DNA of 64,000 bases from Leucoraja ocellata (GCA_036785375.1 JAWMAR010000248.1:930001-994000); one strand, 5' to 3'; shown: positions 23,500 through 37,064, counted from the first letter of the stretch. Translations and numbers: made by a program. The notes: a model not told the origin generated them from the letters alone.

Positions 23500-25455
23500 G
23501 CGAGAAAATATAATGGTGGAAGGCGGTTCAACCGTGGCTAATGAGGGAAATCAAGGATAGTGTTAAATCCAAGGAAAAGGCATATAAATTGGCCAGAGGA
23601 AGCAGCAAACCAGAGGACTGGGAGAAATTTAGAGCTCAATGGAGGAGGACAAAGGGGTAAATTAAGAGGGGGGAATAGAACGTGAAAGAAAGCTTGCAAG
23701 GAATATAAAGACTGACTCTAAAAGCTTTGTTAGATATGTAAAAGGGAAACGATTAGTGAAGACAAATGTAGGTCCCTTATAATCAGAGACAGGTGAATTT
23801 ATAATGGGAAACAAAGAAATGGCAGAACAGTTAAACAAGTACTTTGGTTCTGTTTTCACTAAGGAAGACACAAACAATCTCCCAGAAATACTAAGGGACC
23901 AAGGATCTAGAGGGAGGGAGGAACTGAAGGGAATCCATATTAGTCAGGAAATGGTGTTAGGTAAACTGTTGGGATTGAAGGCAGATAAATCCCCAGGACC
24001 TGATGGTCTGCATCTCAGAGTACTCAAGGAGGTGGCCTTAGAAATCGTGGATGCATTGGTGACCATTTTCCAATGTGCTCTCGACTGCTGTGGACTGGTG
24101 GGTAACCAATGTAATCCAACTTTTTAAGAAAAGAGGGAGAGAGAAAACGGGGAAATTGTAGACCAGTTAGCCTTACATTAGTAGTGGGGAAGATGCTTGA
24201 GTCGATTGTTAAAGATGTTATAGCAGCGCATTTGGAAAGCAGTGACAGGATCGGTCAAAGTCAGCATGGATTTATGAAGGGGAAATCATGCTTGACTAAT
24301 CTTCTGGAATTTTTGAAAATGTAACCAGTAGAATGGACAAGAGTGTGCCAGTGGATGTGGTGTATCTGGACTTTCAAAAAGCATTTGACAAGGTCCCATA
24401 CAAGAGATTAGTGTGCAAAAAGAGACCACATGGTATTGGGGGTAGGTTATTGAGATGTATAGAGAACTGGTTGGCAGAGAGGAAGTAAAGAGTAGGAATT
24501 AACTATTCACAATAGCAGGCAGTGACTAGTGGGGTGCCACAAGGCTCGGTGCTGGGACACCAGTTATTTACAATATATATTAACGATTTTGACGAGGGAA
24601 TTAAATGTGACATCTCCAATTTTGCGAATGACACAAAGCTGGGTGGCAGTGTGAGCTGCGTTTAGGATGCTATGAGGCTGCAGGGTGACTTGGATAGGTT
24701 GGGTGAGTGGGCACATGCATGACAGATGCAGTATAATGTGGATAAATGTGAAGTTAGCCACTTTGGTTGCAAGAATTGGAAGGCAGATTATTATATGAAT
24801 AGTGTCAGATTAGTAAAATGGGAGATGCAACAAGGCCTGGGTGTGTTGTACTTCAGTCACTGAAAGTAACCATGCAGGTACAGCAAGCAGTGAAGAAAGC
24901 TAATGGCATGTTGGCCTTCATTACGAGTGGGTTTGAGTTTAGGAGCAAGGAGGTCCTACTGCAGTTGTACAGGTCCCTGGTGAGACCGCACGTAGAGTAT
25001 TGTGTGCAATTTTGGTCTCCTAATTTGAGAAAATACACTATTGCTATTGAAGGAGTGCAGTGTAGGTTCACCAGCTTAATTCCTGGGATGTCGGGAATGA
25101 CATATGATGATAGAATGGGTTGACTGGGCTTGTATTCACTGGAATTTAGGATGAGATAGAAACATATAAAATCCTTAAAGGATTGGACAGGCTCGATGCA
25201 GGAAATATGTTCCCGATGTTGGGGGAGTCCAGAACCAGGAGTCACAGTTTAAGAATAAGGGGTTGGCCAATTAGGACTAAGATTAGGACAAACTTCTTCA
25301 CCCAGAGAGTTATGAATCTGTGGAATTCTCTACCACAGAAGACAGTGGATGCCAATTCACTAGATGTTTTCGATAGAGTTAGATCTAGCTCTTAATGCTA
25401 AAGGAATCAAGGGATATGGGGAAAAAGCAGGAATGGAGTACACATTTTAGATGAT
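23500..25455 (+). mobile_element. CR1/HER1 LINE, about 2 kb 5'-truncated ORF2 pseudogene
   Basis: [82 protein letters not shown]; several frameshifts and stops. Confidence 0.95.
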
Positions 25456-25509
25456 CACAGGTGAATGGTCTTCCCTGTGCCTTCTCCGGTTTGTATCCAG
25501 TTGTAATAG

Positions 25510-25702
25510 TTCAGGAACTCAACACATCATCTGTGGGGTGAAATATACTGACAATGTTCGAGTTAGGACCCCTCCCAAAGGGTTTCGACCCAAAATGTTG
25601 ACCCTCTATCTCTCTCCATGCATGCGGCCTGACCCGCTGAGTTCCTCCAGCAATTTGTTTTTTTGCTCAAGATTCCTGCATCTGTAGTCTCTTGTGTCTC
25701 CG
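25510..25702. mobile_element. Decayed inverted Penelope terminal repeat
   Basis: aagggtttcgacccaaaatgttg...gcctgacccgctgagttcctccagca. Confidence 0.6.
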
Positions 25703-26689
25703 TAATAGGTCAGGGGTGGGTTACAATATAAAGCCAATTCCACCACCTCCCAAACTAGGAGCTGAGCTGATGTCATGAAGTATGCAGCATGACATTGGAA
25801 GCGTGTTGCAGTGGTGTCTATTGTATATGTTTAACAGAATAAACTCATGTTTAAATTCTTAAAATCTCCGTTAAAAAAAATTGTTCTCTGATTTTTCCCC
25901 TTACTCTCCAAATTGAACTGATTAGTTTGCAAATGTTGGCATCAAGCGCAGGCTGGGTAGTTCACCAGACTTGATATCGCAAAACCAATCTCAGCGTTGA
26001 CAAACTCAAACTGGCGGATAACTGTGATCAGGACCAGGAATCATGATGGAGTTTCCCTTTCTCCAACCTGAGCCCTGATGCTCAAGTTGTGTCCGAGCTT
26101 AGTTTCAACCTTTCACTTAATTTCAGACGCCTAAATTACAGATTGTTCCAAAACTATCTATTAATGTTTACTCACACACTTCAAACCAGACTTGTATCAT
26201 CATTTCCATGGATAGGACAGACACAACTGCTATGACTGCACAAACGTGGGCAGGTGGGACTCGTGGAGCTGGGACATGTTGGCCGACGTGGGCAAGTTAG
26301 GCCGAAGGGCTTGTTTCCACACTGTATCACTCTATGACTCTATTTTTCAACTTCATTGTACTTACTGTGACAGCTAACAAGTTAACTAGCATCATGTTGA
26401 GAAATACAAACAGGAAGCTCACAATTCCAATCAGTTTGTATCATACCACAGCTTCCAAAGAACCCAGCCCAACCCTGCAACTATTGTCATATGGGACTGT
26501 TATTGTTTAAAAATGAATGTGAACTATATTAATAAAATCTACACTATCACTCACACTGAATGTTATTCTCCTAGATATATATTATTTATGACTGCACAAG
26601 CTAAAGGTCCATACGGTATCAACCAAAAACCATTACACAGCGCTCTTGCATTTGAATCAAAACACCTTGAAATCATTTAAAATCTCTCG

Positions 26690-27452
26690 CCAGAAACCTG
26701 GACGTTATGTCTAGGCCGACACTCACATGAACTGCTAAGCAAGCACCGCTTTGTCAGAGGCCCCTTCTTTTGGATGAGATGCTGCACCAAGATGCTGCAC
26801 CAAGATCCTGCCTGGAGTCTCAGGTGAACACTAAAGGTCCCACAATACCATTCTCAAGCAGAAACTGGAAGAACTTCCATGCAGCTAATCCTATCCCTCG
26901 GAACAAAACTGATCAATTCATTTATCTTATAGAAACATACAATTCGTAAGGGATTGAATAGGCTAGATGCGGAGAAAATGTTCCCAATGTTGGGGGAGTC
27001 CAGAACCATGGGTCACAGTTTAAAAATAAGGGGTAGGCCATTTAGGACTGAGATAAGGAAATACTTTTTCACCCAGAGAGTTGTGAATCTGTGGAATTCT
27101 CTGCCACAGAGAGCAGTGGAGGCCAATTCACTGGATGTATTCAATAGAGAGTTAGATATACAGTAGGGCTAATGGAATCAGGGGCTACGGAGAGAAAGCA
27201 GGAATGGGGTACTGATTTTGGATGATCAGGCATGATCATATTGAAGGGCTTGAAAGGCTGAATGGCCATCTCCTGCACCTATTTTCTAAGTTTTTAATCA
27301 CAGAATCACTATTGTCTGTGGAAACTTACAGTATGCAATTGGTTATACAGTCGGTTCTCTGCATTGCTTCAGTAACCAGACTAACAAAACAATTTTGGTT
27401 ATTTACTTTAGGCTGTTGCATAAGATGTGAAAAGGCACTATATAAATGAAAA
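26690..27452 (+). mobile_element. DeuSINE (SacSINE1-like) split by a CR1 insertion
   Basis: tctaggccgacact...ttggatgagatg...ctcaggtgaacactaaaggtccca; resumes about 27297 and ends tgtgaaaaggcactatataaatg. Confidence 0.7.
26925..27295 (+). mobile_element. CR1/HER1 3' end
   Basis: ORF RLDAEKMFP...TQRVVNLWNSLPQ; ctcctgcacctattttcta tail. Confidence 0.92.
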
Positions 27453-29240
27453 ACTCATTCACATTAATTCATTGTACAGAATTTTTTTTTAAACTCTCAA
27501 CTTTCTTTGAAGCATTTTAATTCTGTTACACCTTGAGATATCCTCCAGGAAATCTGATCTTGTGAAGCCATGAAAATTTTATAAAGTTACTGCATACATA
27601 GCTACATGATTAATCAATAGCAAGAATCTGGCAGATTTAGCTTGGCACTTACAGCATTAAATATTGATACTCTGCAGACTTGATCAATAGTGTTTTTTTT
27701 AATTAAAAAGTTGAATGGGGTAATCAATTTTATACACCTCAAACTGGTTTCCCCAGATCATTAGAGGGTTAGGCTGTTAATCAGTACTGGATGATATAAC
27801 CTGATGGGGCAGTGTAGGAAGAAGATATACTGCCCTGGGAACAAGGCTGCTCGTTATGAGCAGTGAGGAAAGGGGCAGATGAATGCCCTCAACCAAAAAC
27901 ATCCACCTACAGAGGCATAAGCTGAGCATGGTGCAGAACAAAATTACATAATTTTAAAAAATCAATAATGTTGAAAGAGCTTAAGAACAGTATGTCAGAC
28001 CTATTAATAATACCTTCCAGCAGAATGTTTTGGAAGAGAGTATCATTAAAATGAAAGTTTTAATGAACAAGTTATGTTTGCCAACTATGGTTTAGGCCTT
28101 ATCACAACCTGAAACACTTTATTCCCACCTCCATTTTGACCCATACCCCGTGCAATGTCGTCAGCACTATATTACAGCTTCACTGTCTGATGAGCCACTG
28201 TTTGCTCAGTGGAAGCGTTTCCCTTTGAGACAAGCGAGCCTCGGCATCTGCCACCTCCACATTGACCAACAATGTGAATCACACCGTACCACTGAGGTTC
28301 CAATCGCCAACAACCGAGCTTACACCACAGCACAGAGATCACCAACCCCTGCAAAACTGGTCACTTCTGACCCTGTAACATGGGGCAGTTTCCGTTCCAG
28401 GTTAAAAGTGCTATCCAACCAGTGCCAATGTCAACATTTTTACTAGCTGAACATGGCTCAAAACTGAAATTCAGTTTCTCTAAAGAAAATGAAACTAAAT
28501 AAGCAACTTGAGAGTTTCTTCTCACATGACAGACCTTGAAATTACTCACATATACTGTATTGGAACTGAAATCTTTATGACAAGATTTAACAGTAATAAT
28601 AATAAAACAGATAACTAGAAATTATTGCCAATAAACGTCAGCTGAATGTGACAGTAAAATACATTTGTGAATGGGCTTCATATCACAACAGTGGGAAATG
28701 TGTCAGCCAGTTAAAACAAGTTATCTTCTTTATAACAAAGACACCAAACTGCAATGCACCCAATAATACATATCTTATATTTAATCAAAATACAAACGTA
28801 TAATGATATTTACAAATGCAGGATGTTTAGTAATAATTTTCAATTTTCAATTCAATCAACTGTAAGAACACGAATTGCAACTCTCTTGAATGTCTGCAGT
28901 AAGTAGTAACATGCCCGATGTTTTGTCTCACTGGCATTAACTCAGGAATGCTGAGAGCAGATGAATGAGGTTTGTTCTCAACACCGCTGCTAATGGACAC
29001 ATTGATCTGCTATCCCTTGGAAATCATTGTAAAGCAAAACAATTAGATCCAAGAAGTTTCAGCGGGTTCCAAAAATAAGAGAGGACTTTAAAAACTGATG
29101 CAGGAGGAGGCTACTCAGCCCCTCTGGCCTGTTTCGCCATTCTGTAAGATCCTGGCTGCTCCTTTACCTCAGCGCTACTTTTCCTGTACCAGCTCCCTAA
29201 AGGACTGAAGAGTCCGTGTCAACAGCTAAAATCTGAGGAG

Positions 29241-29410
29241 GTGGCTGCTGGAAGGCAACACTAATGGTCGCCATGGTCGTGGCTGCTGGAAGGCAACACT
29301 AATGGTCGCCCACTTAGGTGATTTTTCAGCGAACTGCCGGCGTCTGTCAAGTTGCCGGCACTCGCCTGAAAAACCAGGAAGTGGAATGGCGACTGTCAGA
29401 GTGGAACATG
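29241..29410 (+). repeat. Perfect 32-bp direct duplication followed by a Harbinger-MITE terminal fragment
   Basis: gtggctgctggaaggcaacactaatggtcgcc at 29241-29272 and 29279-29310; then cacttaggtgatttttcagcga resembling the MITE end. Confidence 0.7.
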
Positions 29411-29624
29411 TGGTTGGATGTGGAAACTCACTGCTGTGGCATTGTCCAACATCCTGGTGCTAGATTGGAATGGTCTATGTGGCCAGAAGCAGGGTACTGA
29501 ACTGCCACTAAGTTATGCATAATCACCCACTTGAGTTGCATAAAAAATCATGAAACTTGAGTTGAAAAATGACAATTAAAAGAGTCAATTGAGAGGAACA
29601 ATATATGCTCATATCCAATCTCAA

Positions 29625-30294
29625 TACAGCAGGTAGTGAAGAAAGCGAATTACATGTTGGCCTTTATAACAAGAGGAATCGAATATAGGAGCAAAGAGGT
29701 CCTTCTGCAGTTGTACAGAGCCTTAGTGAGACCACACCTGGAGTATTGGGTGCAGTTTTTGTCCCCTAATTTGAGGAAGGGCATTCTTGCTATTGAGGGA
29801 GTGCAGCGTAGGCTTACAAGGATAATTCCCGGGATGGCGGGCTGTCATATGCTGAGAGAATGGAGCAGCTGGGCTTGTACACTCTGGAGTTTACAAGGAT
29901 GAGTGGGATTTCATTGAAACATATAAGATTGTTAAGGGTTTGGACACGCTAGAGGCAGGAAACATGTTCCTGATGTTGGGGGAGCCCAGAACCAGGGGCC
30001 ACAGTTTAAGAACAAGAGGTATGCCATTTCGAACAGAGACGAGGAAACACTTTTTCTCACAGAGAGTGGTGAGTCTGTGGAATTCTCTGCCTCAGAGGGC
30101 GGTGGAGGCAGGTTCTCTGGATGCTTTCAAGAGAGAGCAAGATAGGGCTCATAAAAATAGCAGAGTCAGGCGATATGGGGAGAAGGCAGGAACGGGGTAC
30201 TGATTGGGGATGATCAGCCATGATCACATTGAATGGTGGTGCTGGCTCGAAGGACCGAATGGCCTACTCCTGCACCTATTGTCTATTATCTATA
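29625..30294 (+). mobile_element. CR1/HER1 3' end, (TTGTCTA)n tail
   Basis: KKANYMLAFITRG...RPHLEYWVQF...SQRVVSLWNSLPQ. Confidence 0.93.
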
Positions 30295-30346
30295 GCATAT
30301 GGGAAATCTCCCCTGCCTTCCTTCCATGAATGCCATGGGATCCCGA

Positions 30347-30635
30347 CTTTAGTTTAGTTTAACTTAGAGATACAGCGTGGATCAGGTCCTTCGGCCCATT
30401 GAGGCAGCGCTGGCCAATGATCACACATACACTAGTTCTATCCTACACCCTAGGGACAATTTACAGAAGCCAATTAACCTACAAACCTGCACGTCCTTGG
30501 AATGTGGGAGGAAATCAGAGCACCCGGCGAAAACCCAGGCAGTCACAAGAAGAATGTATAACTCCGTACAGGCAGCATCCTAGTCAACCGAGGTCTCTGG
30601 TGCTCTAAGGCAGCTGTTCTACCACTGCGCCACGT
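30347..30635 (-). mobile_element. HE1-like V-SINE
   Basis: tttagtttagtt tail to ctaccactgcgccacg head. Confidence 0.9.
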
Positions 30636-31999
30636 CTTAATTAATATTTAATTTCACCACAAGTTCAAGAAACAGACTGCACTCAAGGTATTAGTTACAC
30701 CATGGTCCTCTGCACTGCCTGTTAAATGATGTGGTCTCTCGTGTTTGCAAATACTTGTGTTTACTTTGCCCAAACCCACAGGATATTCTAACTAAACAAA
30801 CACGTTCCCCAAACCAGTCATGAATCTCATCCCCATCTCCCAATTACGCCTGATGTTCTGCTGATTTATAGATTCTGACAGATTTATATGAATATATTAA
30901 AAATATATATGTACATGTACGTAGGTACCAGTAATGTCGTTAGCTTCAGGATTTCCATCACTTTAGCATCATAAGTCATTATCCTTTATCCTTGTAAACC
31001 GATCCATGCAAACACAATCCAAATTTAGCAGGTAATTAAAGTCAAGTGGGAGAAAAATGCTTTCTTGGTCAATTGAAAGATTCATGATACATCCCACGAG
31101 ACATCACATCCATGCCCATGAGCCTCGCTTAACCCTTGGCAGCCCCTCACACGTTATTAATGATGCTATCACAGCCATCCCTTTGGGCCAAGCCTCGGAG
31201 GGCCAGTGTTACATCTATCTGCATGGAAAGCAGAACTGCATTTCAGACACACAGTAACATAAACAACTGTCGAGACCAGAGTAAAGCTTTGCAACCTAGG
31301 GAAGGGGAACTTCTACACACATGGAACCACGGCATGTAAATTCACTCTTCGGGATTGGTGGTAGAATAATAATTTCCCTCAACATTCAAGATTCAGATAT
31401 GCGCACACGCATCCAAACAATGCACATGGATGCACCCAAGCATCCAAACAACTATGCACAATCATGCAGACAGCAAAAAACACACACACACACACACACT
31501 GCTTCTGATCGTGAATCAACATACAACCCTGCCGTTCATACTATTGAAAGAGTACCAGGACCCCAACCACATTCAATGGTCTGAAAACTAAGCCCTAGCA
31601 GAACTTCTTTAATTAGTTTTACACGTAAAAATCTGTAGTGATATCATTATTTTTGTTTCCATTTATTGGCTGATGTGACGGTATGATGAGCACCTGTCTC
31701 GCATGCTTATTATGCAGTGTTCTGTGTATGTCTCTGTGCTCTGCTGTGTGACTGTAAAATAAATCGCATAACTATACCTTCAGGTGTTCCAACATCTTCA
31801 AGTACACGTCAAGAAATACACTGAGGGGTCACTTCATTTGCTGTTCAGCTACCTCCTTGGAATTATTTCATACATAGTCTAACGCCTGGAATAAACCTCC
31901 TTCAGGAAAGTCTCACCCTGGAATTTTACAGTGAAACAATCCCCATTAAATGTCACAGGTAAGATGTGTTCCTTAACTATGTGCTGTGTTTACAGAACT

Positions 32000-32760
32000 G
32001 AGCTGTCCTCTTCTGTTGGGAATGATGGAGATTTTGTTTATAGGTTCGAGATTTCTTGACCATCCCGAATTGAGCTTGTGAATATGGTGATGAGCTGCAC
32101 TCTTGAACTGCAACTGTTTACCTGGTGGAAATGCTCCCACCGTGCAGTTAGGGAGGGAGTTCCAGGAATCAGATTCAGCCACGATGAAGGGCCTGCAACA
32201 TATCTCCAAGTCAGGATGCGTGTCATGTAGAGAGGAGCTAGATTATGTATGTGCGCCTCTTAATGGCAGAGGGCATGGGTTTTGGGGCGGGTGAGTAACC
32301 ACAGTGCATTTTGTACGTAGTAGACACTGCATCCATTGTGCTCCAGTGGATGAATGTTTAGTGTCGTATATGGGGTACCAACCAAGTGAGCTGCTTTGTG
32401 TTGAACCGAGGTGTGGTCTTGAATGTTGTCAAAGCTGTCCACATCCAAGCAAAAATGCGTGGATGGGGAAAAGAAAGGATATTGATCCTAACTTGTGCCT
32501 TACAGATATTGAAAAGGCTTCCAGCTGTCAGGAAGTGAGTCACGGACTGCAGGGTACCCAATCTCCGAGCTGCTCTGTATCTGTGTCACTGACGCAGTTA
32601 CGTTTCCAGTCAATAGTGATCCCTGTCCAAACACTAGGATATTGGCAATCCCTTTGCATGGAGTGAGTAGATATACAGACTCTTGTCGTACCAGGGAGGA
32701 CTCAGATTGTTGGGAATTCAACAAGTCCAAGGCCGGGTGGTCTAAGCATTCCTAACAGGG
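32000..32760 (-). mobile_element. Old CR1/L2-group LINE ORF2 C-terminus
   Basis: FDNIQ..KAAHLVGTPYTTLNIHPL and SWNSLPNCTVG..QFKSAAHHH peptides in minus-strand ORFs. Confidence 0.65.
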
Positions 32761-33024
32761 TCTGGATCAGTGTGTATTCACCAAGAAATTTAACATTTCC
32801 CGTGCTGGGCCTAGTTTCATCAAATAGGTTAATCAGACTACACAAGTTAAAATTATTATCAATTCTCAGTGATATCTACAAAGTCTAACTTACATACAGT
32901 ATTTGGATGTATCAAGCTGGCACATGGCAGGATTGTCAGCACCTGTTAATCAAAGGTTCGAGATGCAAAGGCATGGATTTCCACCTCCATTTAATGACTC
33001 GCACCTCCATTTAATGACTCGTCC

Positions 33025-33570
33025 ATCAATCACCTATTCACACTAGTTTTATATCCCATTTTTCACTCCCAACACACTAGTGCCAATTTACAGAAACCAA
33101 TTAACCTACAAACCTGCATGCCTTTGGTGCGTAGAAGAAAACCGGAGCACTCAGAGGAAACCCATGCTGTCACAGCGAGAATGCATAAACTCTGCACAGG
33201 CAGCACCCAAGATAGGAATCAAACCAATGTCTCTGGCGCTGTGAGACAGCAGCTCGACCAGCTGCACCACTGTACAATAGGAGCATTCCGACTCTTTTAT
33301 GTGAAACAATTTCCAGGCCAGGCATGAGTATTCATCAAACAGCTCCTGTTTCTTCCCACATCCCAAAGATATGCAGGTCAAGAAGTTAATTGTTCATTGC
33401 AAACTACCCCGAGTGTGTAGGTGTGTGGTAGAATCAGAGAGAAATAGGTGGGAATGCATGGGGATAAGATGTTCAGAATGCTCCACGTTGAACCAGGATT
33501 TACGTATATGTGTGCTTGATAGTCGACACAGATTTGATGGGCTGATTGGCCTGTTTCTATACTGTCATGA
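33025..33570. mobile_element. Two HE1-like SINEs, minus (33025-33272) and plus 3' fragment (33345-33570)
   Basis: ccaattaacctacaaacctgca/accggagcac on minus; tttcttcccacatcccaaagat on plus. Confidence 0.75.
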
Positions 33571-33839
33571 TTTTTGTTACTGAACTGTACTCTCCTTCAT
33601 GACTTTACCTGATCTGTCATCTGCAACCTGTGCTGTCAATACAGCAAATATAATGGCTCTTCAAACTGACCCATCACAGCATAAAGCGCTTCCAAACTGA
33701 GGAGTCACTCACATCCCTCACATAATCTTATAGTTTGTTCTTGCCTCCTTGTCAACCACCCAACTCAGAAAAGGGGTGCATTCCAGCTAATTGAATGTCA
33801 AATTATAACTCGGGATACAGAGTCACGGCCCTTCCCTTG

Positions 33840-34120
33840 CTAACAGTCCAGCATGTGTAAAGGGTTACAGCATTTGGGTTAGAAATTAACATCATTAATC
33901 CTCTCACTGGATCTGCTCTATGGAAGTGGCTGTAACCCTCTTCACTGAGTGTAGTGTTAATAAAAACTATTAATTTCTTCTTCAAGGATTCTGTTAGTTA
34001 AGAAAGGAGTGCAACTCTCTCTAACGTAAGTGTATATTTATCTGTTGGATGCTGTAACCCTTTACACTTAATGTACTGTTAACTAGGGATGACTACAACC
34101 CTCTACACTTAATGCACTTC
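33840..34120. repeat. Unclassified foldback/MITE-like repeat with perfect 19-bp inverted repeat
   Basis: gtgtaaagggttacagcat (33855-33873) and atgctgtaaccctttacac (34049-34067); related units at about 33929 and 34091. Confidence 0.6.
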
Positions 34121-34559
34121 CACTGCACACACTAGCTCTTTTGAACTGTCTAATGACTTTGAAAATTACACAGTACAAAATTACAGTAATAAGTATTGTG
34201 GGAGAAAGAGTATAGACAGAACTTCACATGGAAAATTGTTTAATTAATAGTATTCTACAGTATGAGTTACCATGTCATTATTAGCAACTGGATATAAGAT
34301 GGTTCCTTCACTGACAGAGCAAACAAGACAAGGAGAACTTCAGATTACTACTTGCCCCACATCACTGTTTTGGTGGGTGATGGAGCAGACAAAATCTCTA
34401 ATGCACAAAGTACACCTTTTTGTAAATCCCAGTCTTCCTGCCTCTGAACCTCTATATGTTAGGGAAGTTCAAAGGCCCTCTTATCATCCCGTAGTGTGGT
34501 ATAGTTCCATGAATCTGGTAGAAGTCCTTAAAATGACATCAATGTTAATAGTTCTACGT

Positions 34560-34755
34560 GCAGGAAAGAACTGCAGTTGCTGATTTAAACTGAAAATAGG
34601 CACAAATGTTGGAGTAACTCAGTGAGTCAGACAACACCTCTGGAGAAAAGGGATAGGGTCGTGACCCGTCTTCCGATTGAAGAAGTTCGGAAGAAGTCTT
34701 GACCCGAAACATCACCTATTTCTTTTATTCAGAGATGCTGTCTGACCCACTGAGT
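34560..34755. mobile_element. Inverted Penelope terminal repeat, decayed
   Basis: ggagtaactcagtgagtcag...cttgacccgaaacatcacc...gagatgctgtctgacccactgagt. Confidence 0.7.
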
Positions 34756-35716
34756 TTAGTTTGTTAGTTTAGAGATACAGCGGGGAAACAGGCCCTTCGG
34801 CCCACCAAGTCCACGCCAACCAGAGATCCCGCACATTAACGCTATCCCACACACACGCACACGCACACACACGGGACAATTTTTTATCAAAGCCAATTAA
34901 CCTGCAAGCCTGTATGTCTTTGGAGTGTGGGAGGAAACCGGAGCACCCGGGGAAAACCCACGCAGGTCACGGGGAGAACGAACAAACTCATAACATTCGT
35001 AACAAGAGGATTTCAGTATAGGAGGAGAGAGGTCCTTCTGCAGTTGTATAGGACTCTGGTAAGACCACATCTGGAGCATTGTGTACAGTTTTGGTCTCCT
35101 AATTTGAGGAAGGACATCCTTGTGATTGAGGCAGTGCAGCGTAGGTTCACGAGATTGATCCCTGGGATGGCGGGACTGTCATATGAGGAAAGATTGCAAA
35201 GACTAGGCTTGTATTCACTGGAGTTCAGAAGGATGAGGGGAGGATCTTATAGAAACATATATAATTATAAAAGGACTGTACAAGCCAGATGCAGGAAAAA
35301 TGTTCCCGGTGTTGGGCGAGTCCAGAACCAGGGGTCACAGTCTTAGAATAAAGGGGAGGCCATTTAAGACTGAGGTGAGAAAAAACGTTTTCACCCAGAG
35401 AGTTGTGAATTTGTGGAATTCCCTGCCACAGAGGACAGTGGAGGCCAAATCACTGGATGGATTTAAGAGAGTTAGATAGAGCTCTAGGGGCTGGTGGAAT
35501 CAAGGGATATGGGGAGAAGGCAGGCACGGGTTATTTATTGGGGACAATCAGCCATGATCACAATGAATGGCGGTGCTGGCTCGAAGGGCCGAATGGCCTC
35601 CTCCTGCACCTATTTTCTATGTTTCTATGTTTTTAACTCTTCACAGATAAGCACCCGTAGTCAGGATCAACCCGGGTCTCTGGTGCTGTAAAGCAGCACT
35701 CTACTGCTGCGCCACC
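34755..35716 (-). mobile_element. HE1-like V-SINE interrupted by CR1
   Basis: SINE tail and V-domain 34755-34989; head resumes 35635-35716; candidate TSD aactc at 34985-34989 and 35635-35639. Confidence 0.85.
34992..35634 (+). mobile_element. CR1/HER1 3' end
   Basis: EVLLQLYRTLVRPHLEHCVQFWSP...; tttctatgtttctatg tail. Confidence 0.93.
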
Positions 35717-35739
35717 AGCATTTTGTATCTGTCTAATAG

Positions 35740-35975
35740 TTCTACATTCGTCATATCCACCACTCTGTAGGTTGACACAGATTCCACACCATCTTTATAT
35801 TTGCCAATGACACCATCATTATTGGCCAGATAATGGGTAACGACGAGTCCGAATACATATGGAGGATGGATAATCTGGTTTGTATGGGTGCCTGAACAAT
35901 CTTGCTCTCAATGTTAGGAAGACCAAGGAGCTGATTGTTAACTTCAGAAAGGGAAATCTGAGGGTACATGACTCT
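35740..35975 (+). mobile_element. Rex1/Babar RT fragment
   Basis: FANDT (FADDT) and NNLALNVRKTKELIVNFRK motifs. Confidence 0.8.
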
Positions 35976-35984
35976 GTCTTAGAT

Positions 35985-36345
35985 AAAATATACAACATAG
36001 AACAGTACAGCATAGGAACTGGCCCTCCAGCCCATAATGTTTGTGCTGAACATGATGCCTAGCTGAACTGATGTAATCTGCCTGTAATTGATCCACATCC
36101 CACCATCCCTTGCAAATCCATGTGCCCCTCTAAAAGCTTCTTAAACGCTACTATTGTACCTGCCTTCACCACTACCTCTGGTAATTCGGCCCAGACCATC
36201 ACTACCCTCTGTGTAAAAGACTTGCCCCACATATCTCCATTATATTTTTCCCCCTCTCATCTTATAGTTATGCCCTCTAGCGCCCTCTAGTGCTAGACAT
36301 TTCTACCCTGGAAAAAAGGTTCTGACTGTCTATCATATCTATGTT
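35985..36345 (-). mobile_element. CR1 3' end
   Basis: catagaacagtacagcatagg tail; ctaccctctgtgtaaaagacttgcccc. Confidence 0.8.
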
Positions 36346-36359
36346 CCTTCCTACACATT

Positions 36360-36542
36360 CTGTCCTGACCAAACCTCTCTTCCAGTTTTCTCCCTCCACC
36401 CCCACCACAATCAGTCAGAAGAATGGTCCTGACCTGAAAGGTTACCTATCCATGCTCCCCAGAGATGCTGCCTGACCCGCTGAGTTACTCCAGTACTCTG
36501 TCTTTTTTTGTAAACCAGTACCTGCACTGCCTTGTGTCTCCA
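36360..36542 (+). mobile_element. Penelope-like terminal repeat
   Basis: caatcagtcagaagaatggtcctgacctgaaaggttacc...gatgctgcctgacccgctgagttactccag. Confidence 0.7.
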
Positions 36543-36745
36543 ACCATACGACAGCCTGACTGTGCAGAATGTGGAGCACAATCAGGTACTTGTGTTACTT
36601 ATTCCCACTGCTGCTTCTTGCATAAATGCAAACATTATTTTCTCTTTATTCAATTACCCCAGGTGAAATCCTACACAATCCTTTCCTGAAACCATTTAAT
36701 CCCAGTGGAATATTCCCCCATAATTGGTAGAAATAATTAAACCTG

Positions 36746-36890
36746 TACAGTCCATCGAGGAACTTAACAGAGTCATGTGTCATTACCCTGGAAACAAATA
36801 AGATTTGGGTAAATAAAATATTCACAGAAGGAAAAATGTAAACAGCTAAAGTTATTCACTCCACAGAAGTGAGCAGAGTGGCTGGAGACA
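36746..36890 (+). repeat. Local diverged duplication (copy 1), empty site for the 37560 MITE
   Basis: tacagtccatcgaggaactta-acagagtc...gttattcactccacagaagtgagcag matches 37539-37559 plus 38144-38265. Confidence 0.8.
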
Positions 36891-37064
36891 GCTAGCAGTA
36901 TGTGTGATTTTAAAATCTATTCAGAGTCTGTGCTTTACTGACTTCAAAGGGCACTGCTAGCTCACAGGGGAGTGTTCTAACAAGCCCTTTTCCTCCGATC
37001 GCCCAGAGCAAGGCATTGTAATTCCTTCCTTTCCAGCTGCAACACGTTCAATGCTGAGCAGAAA

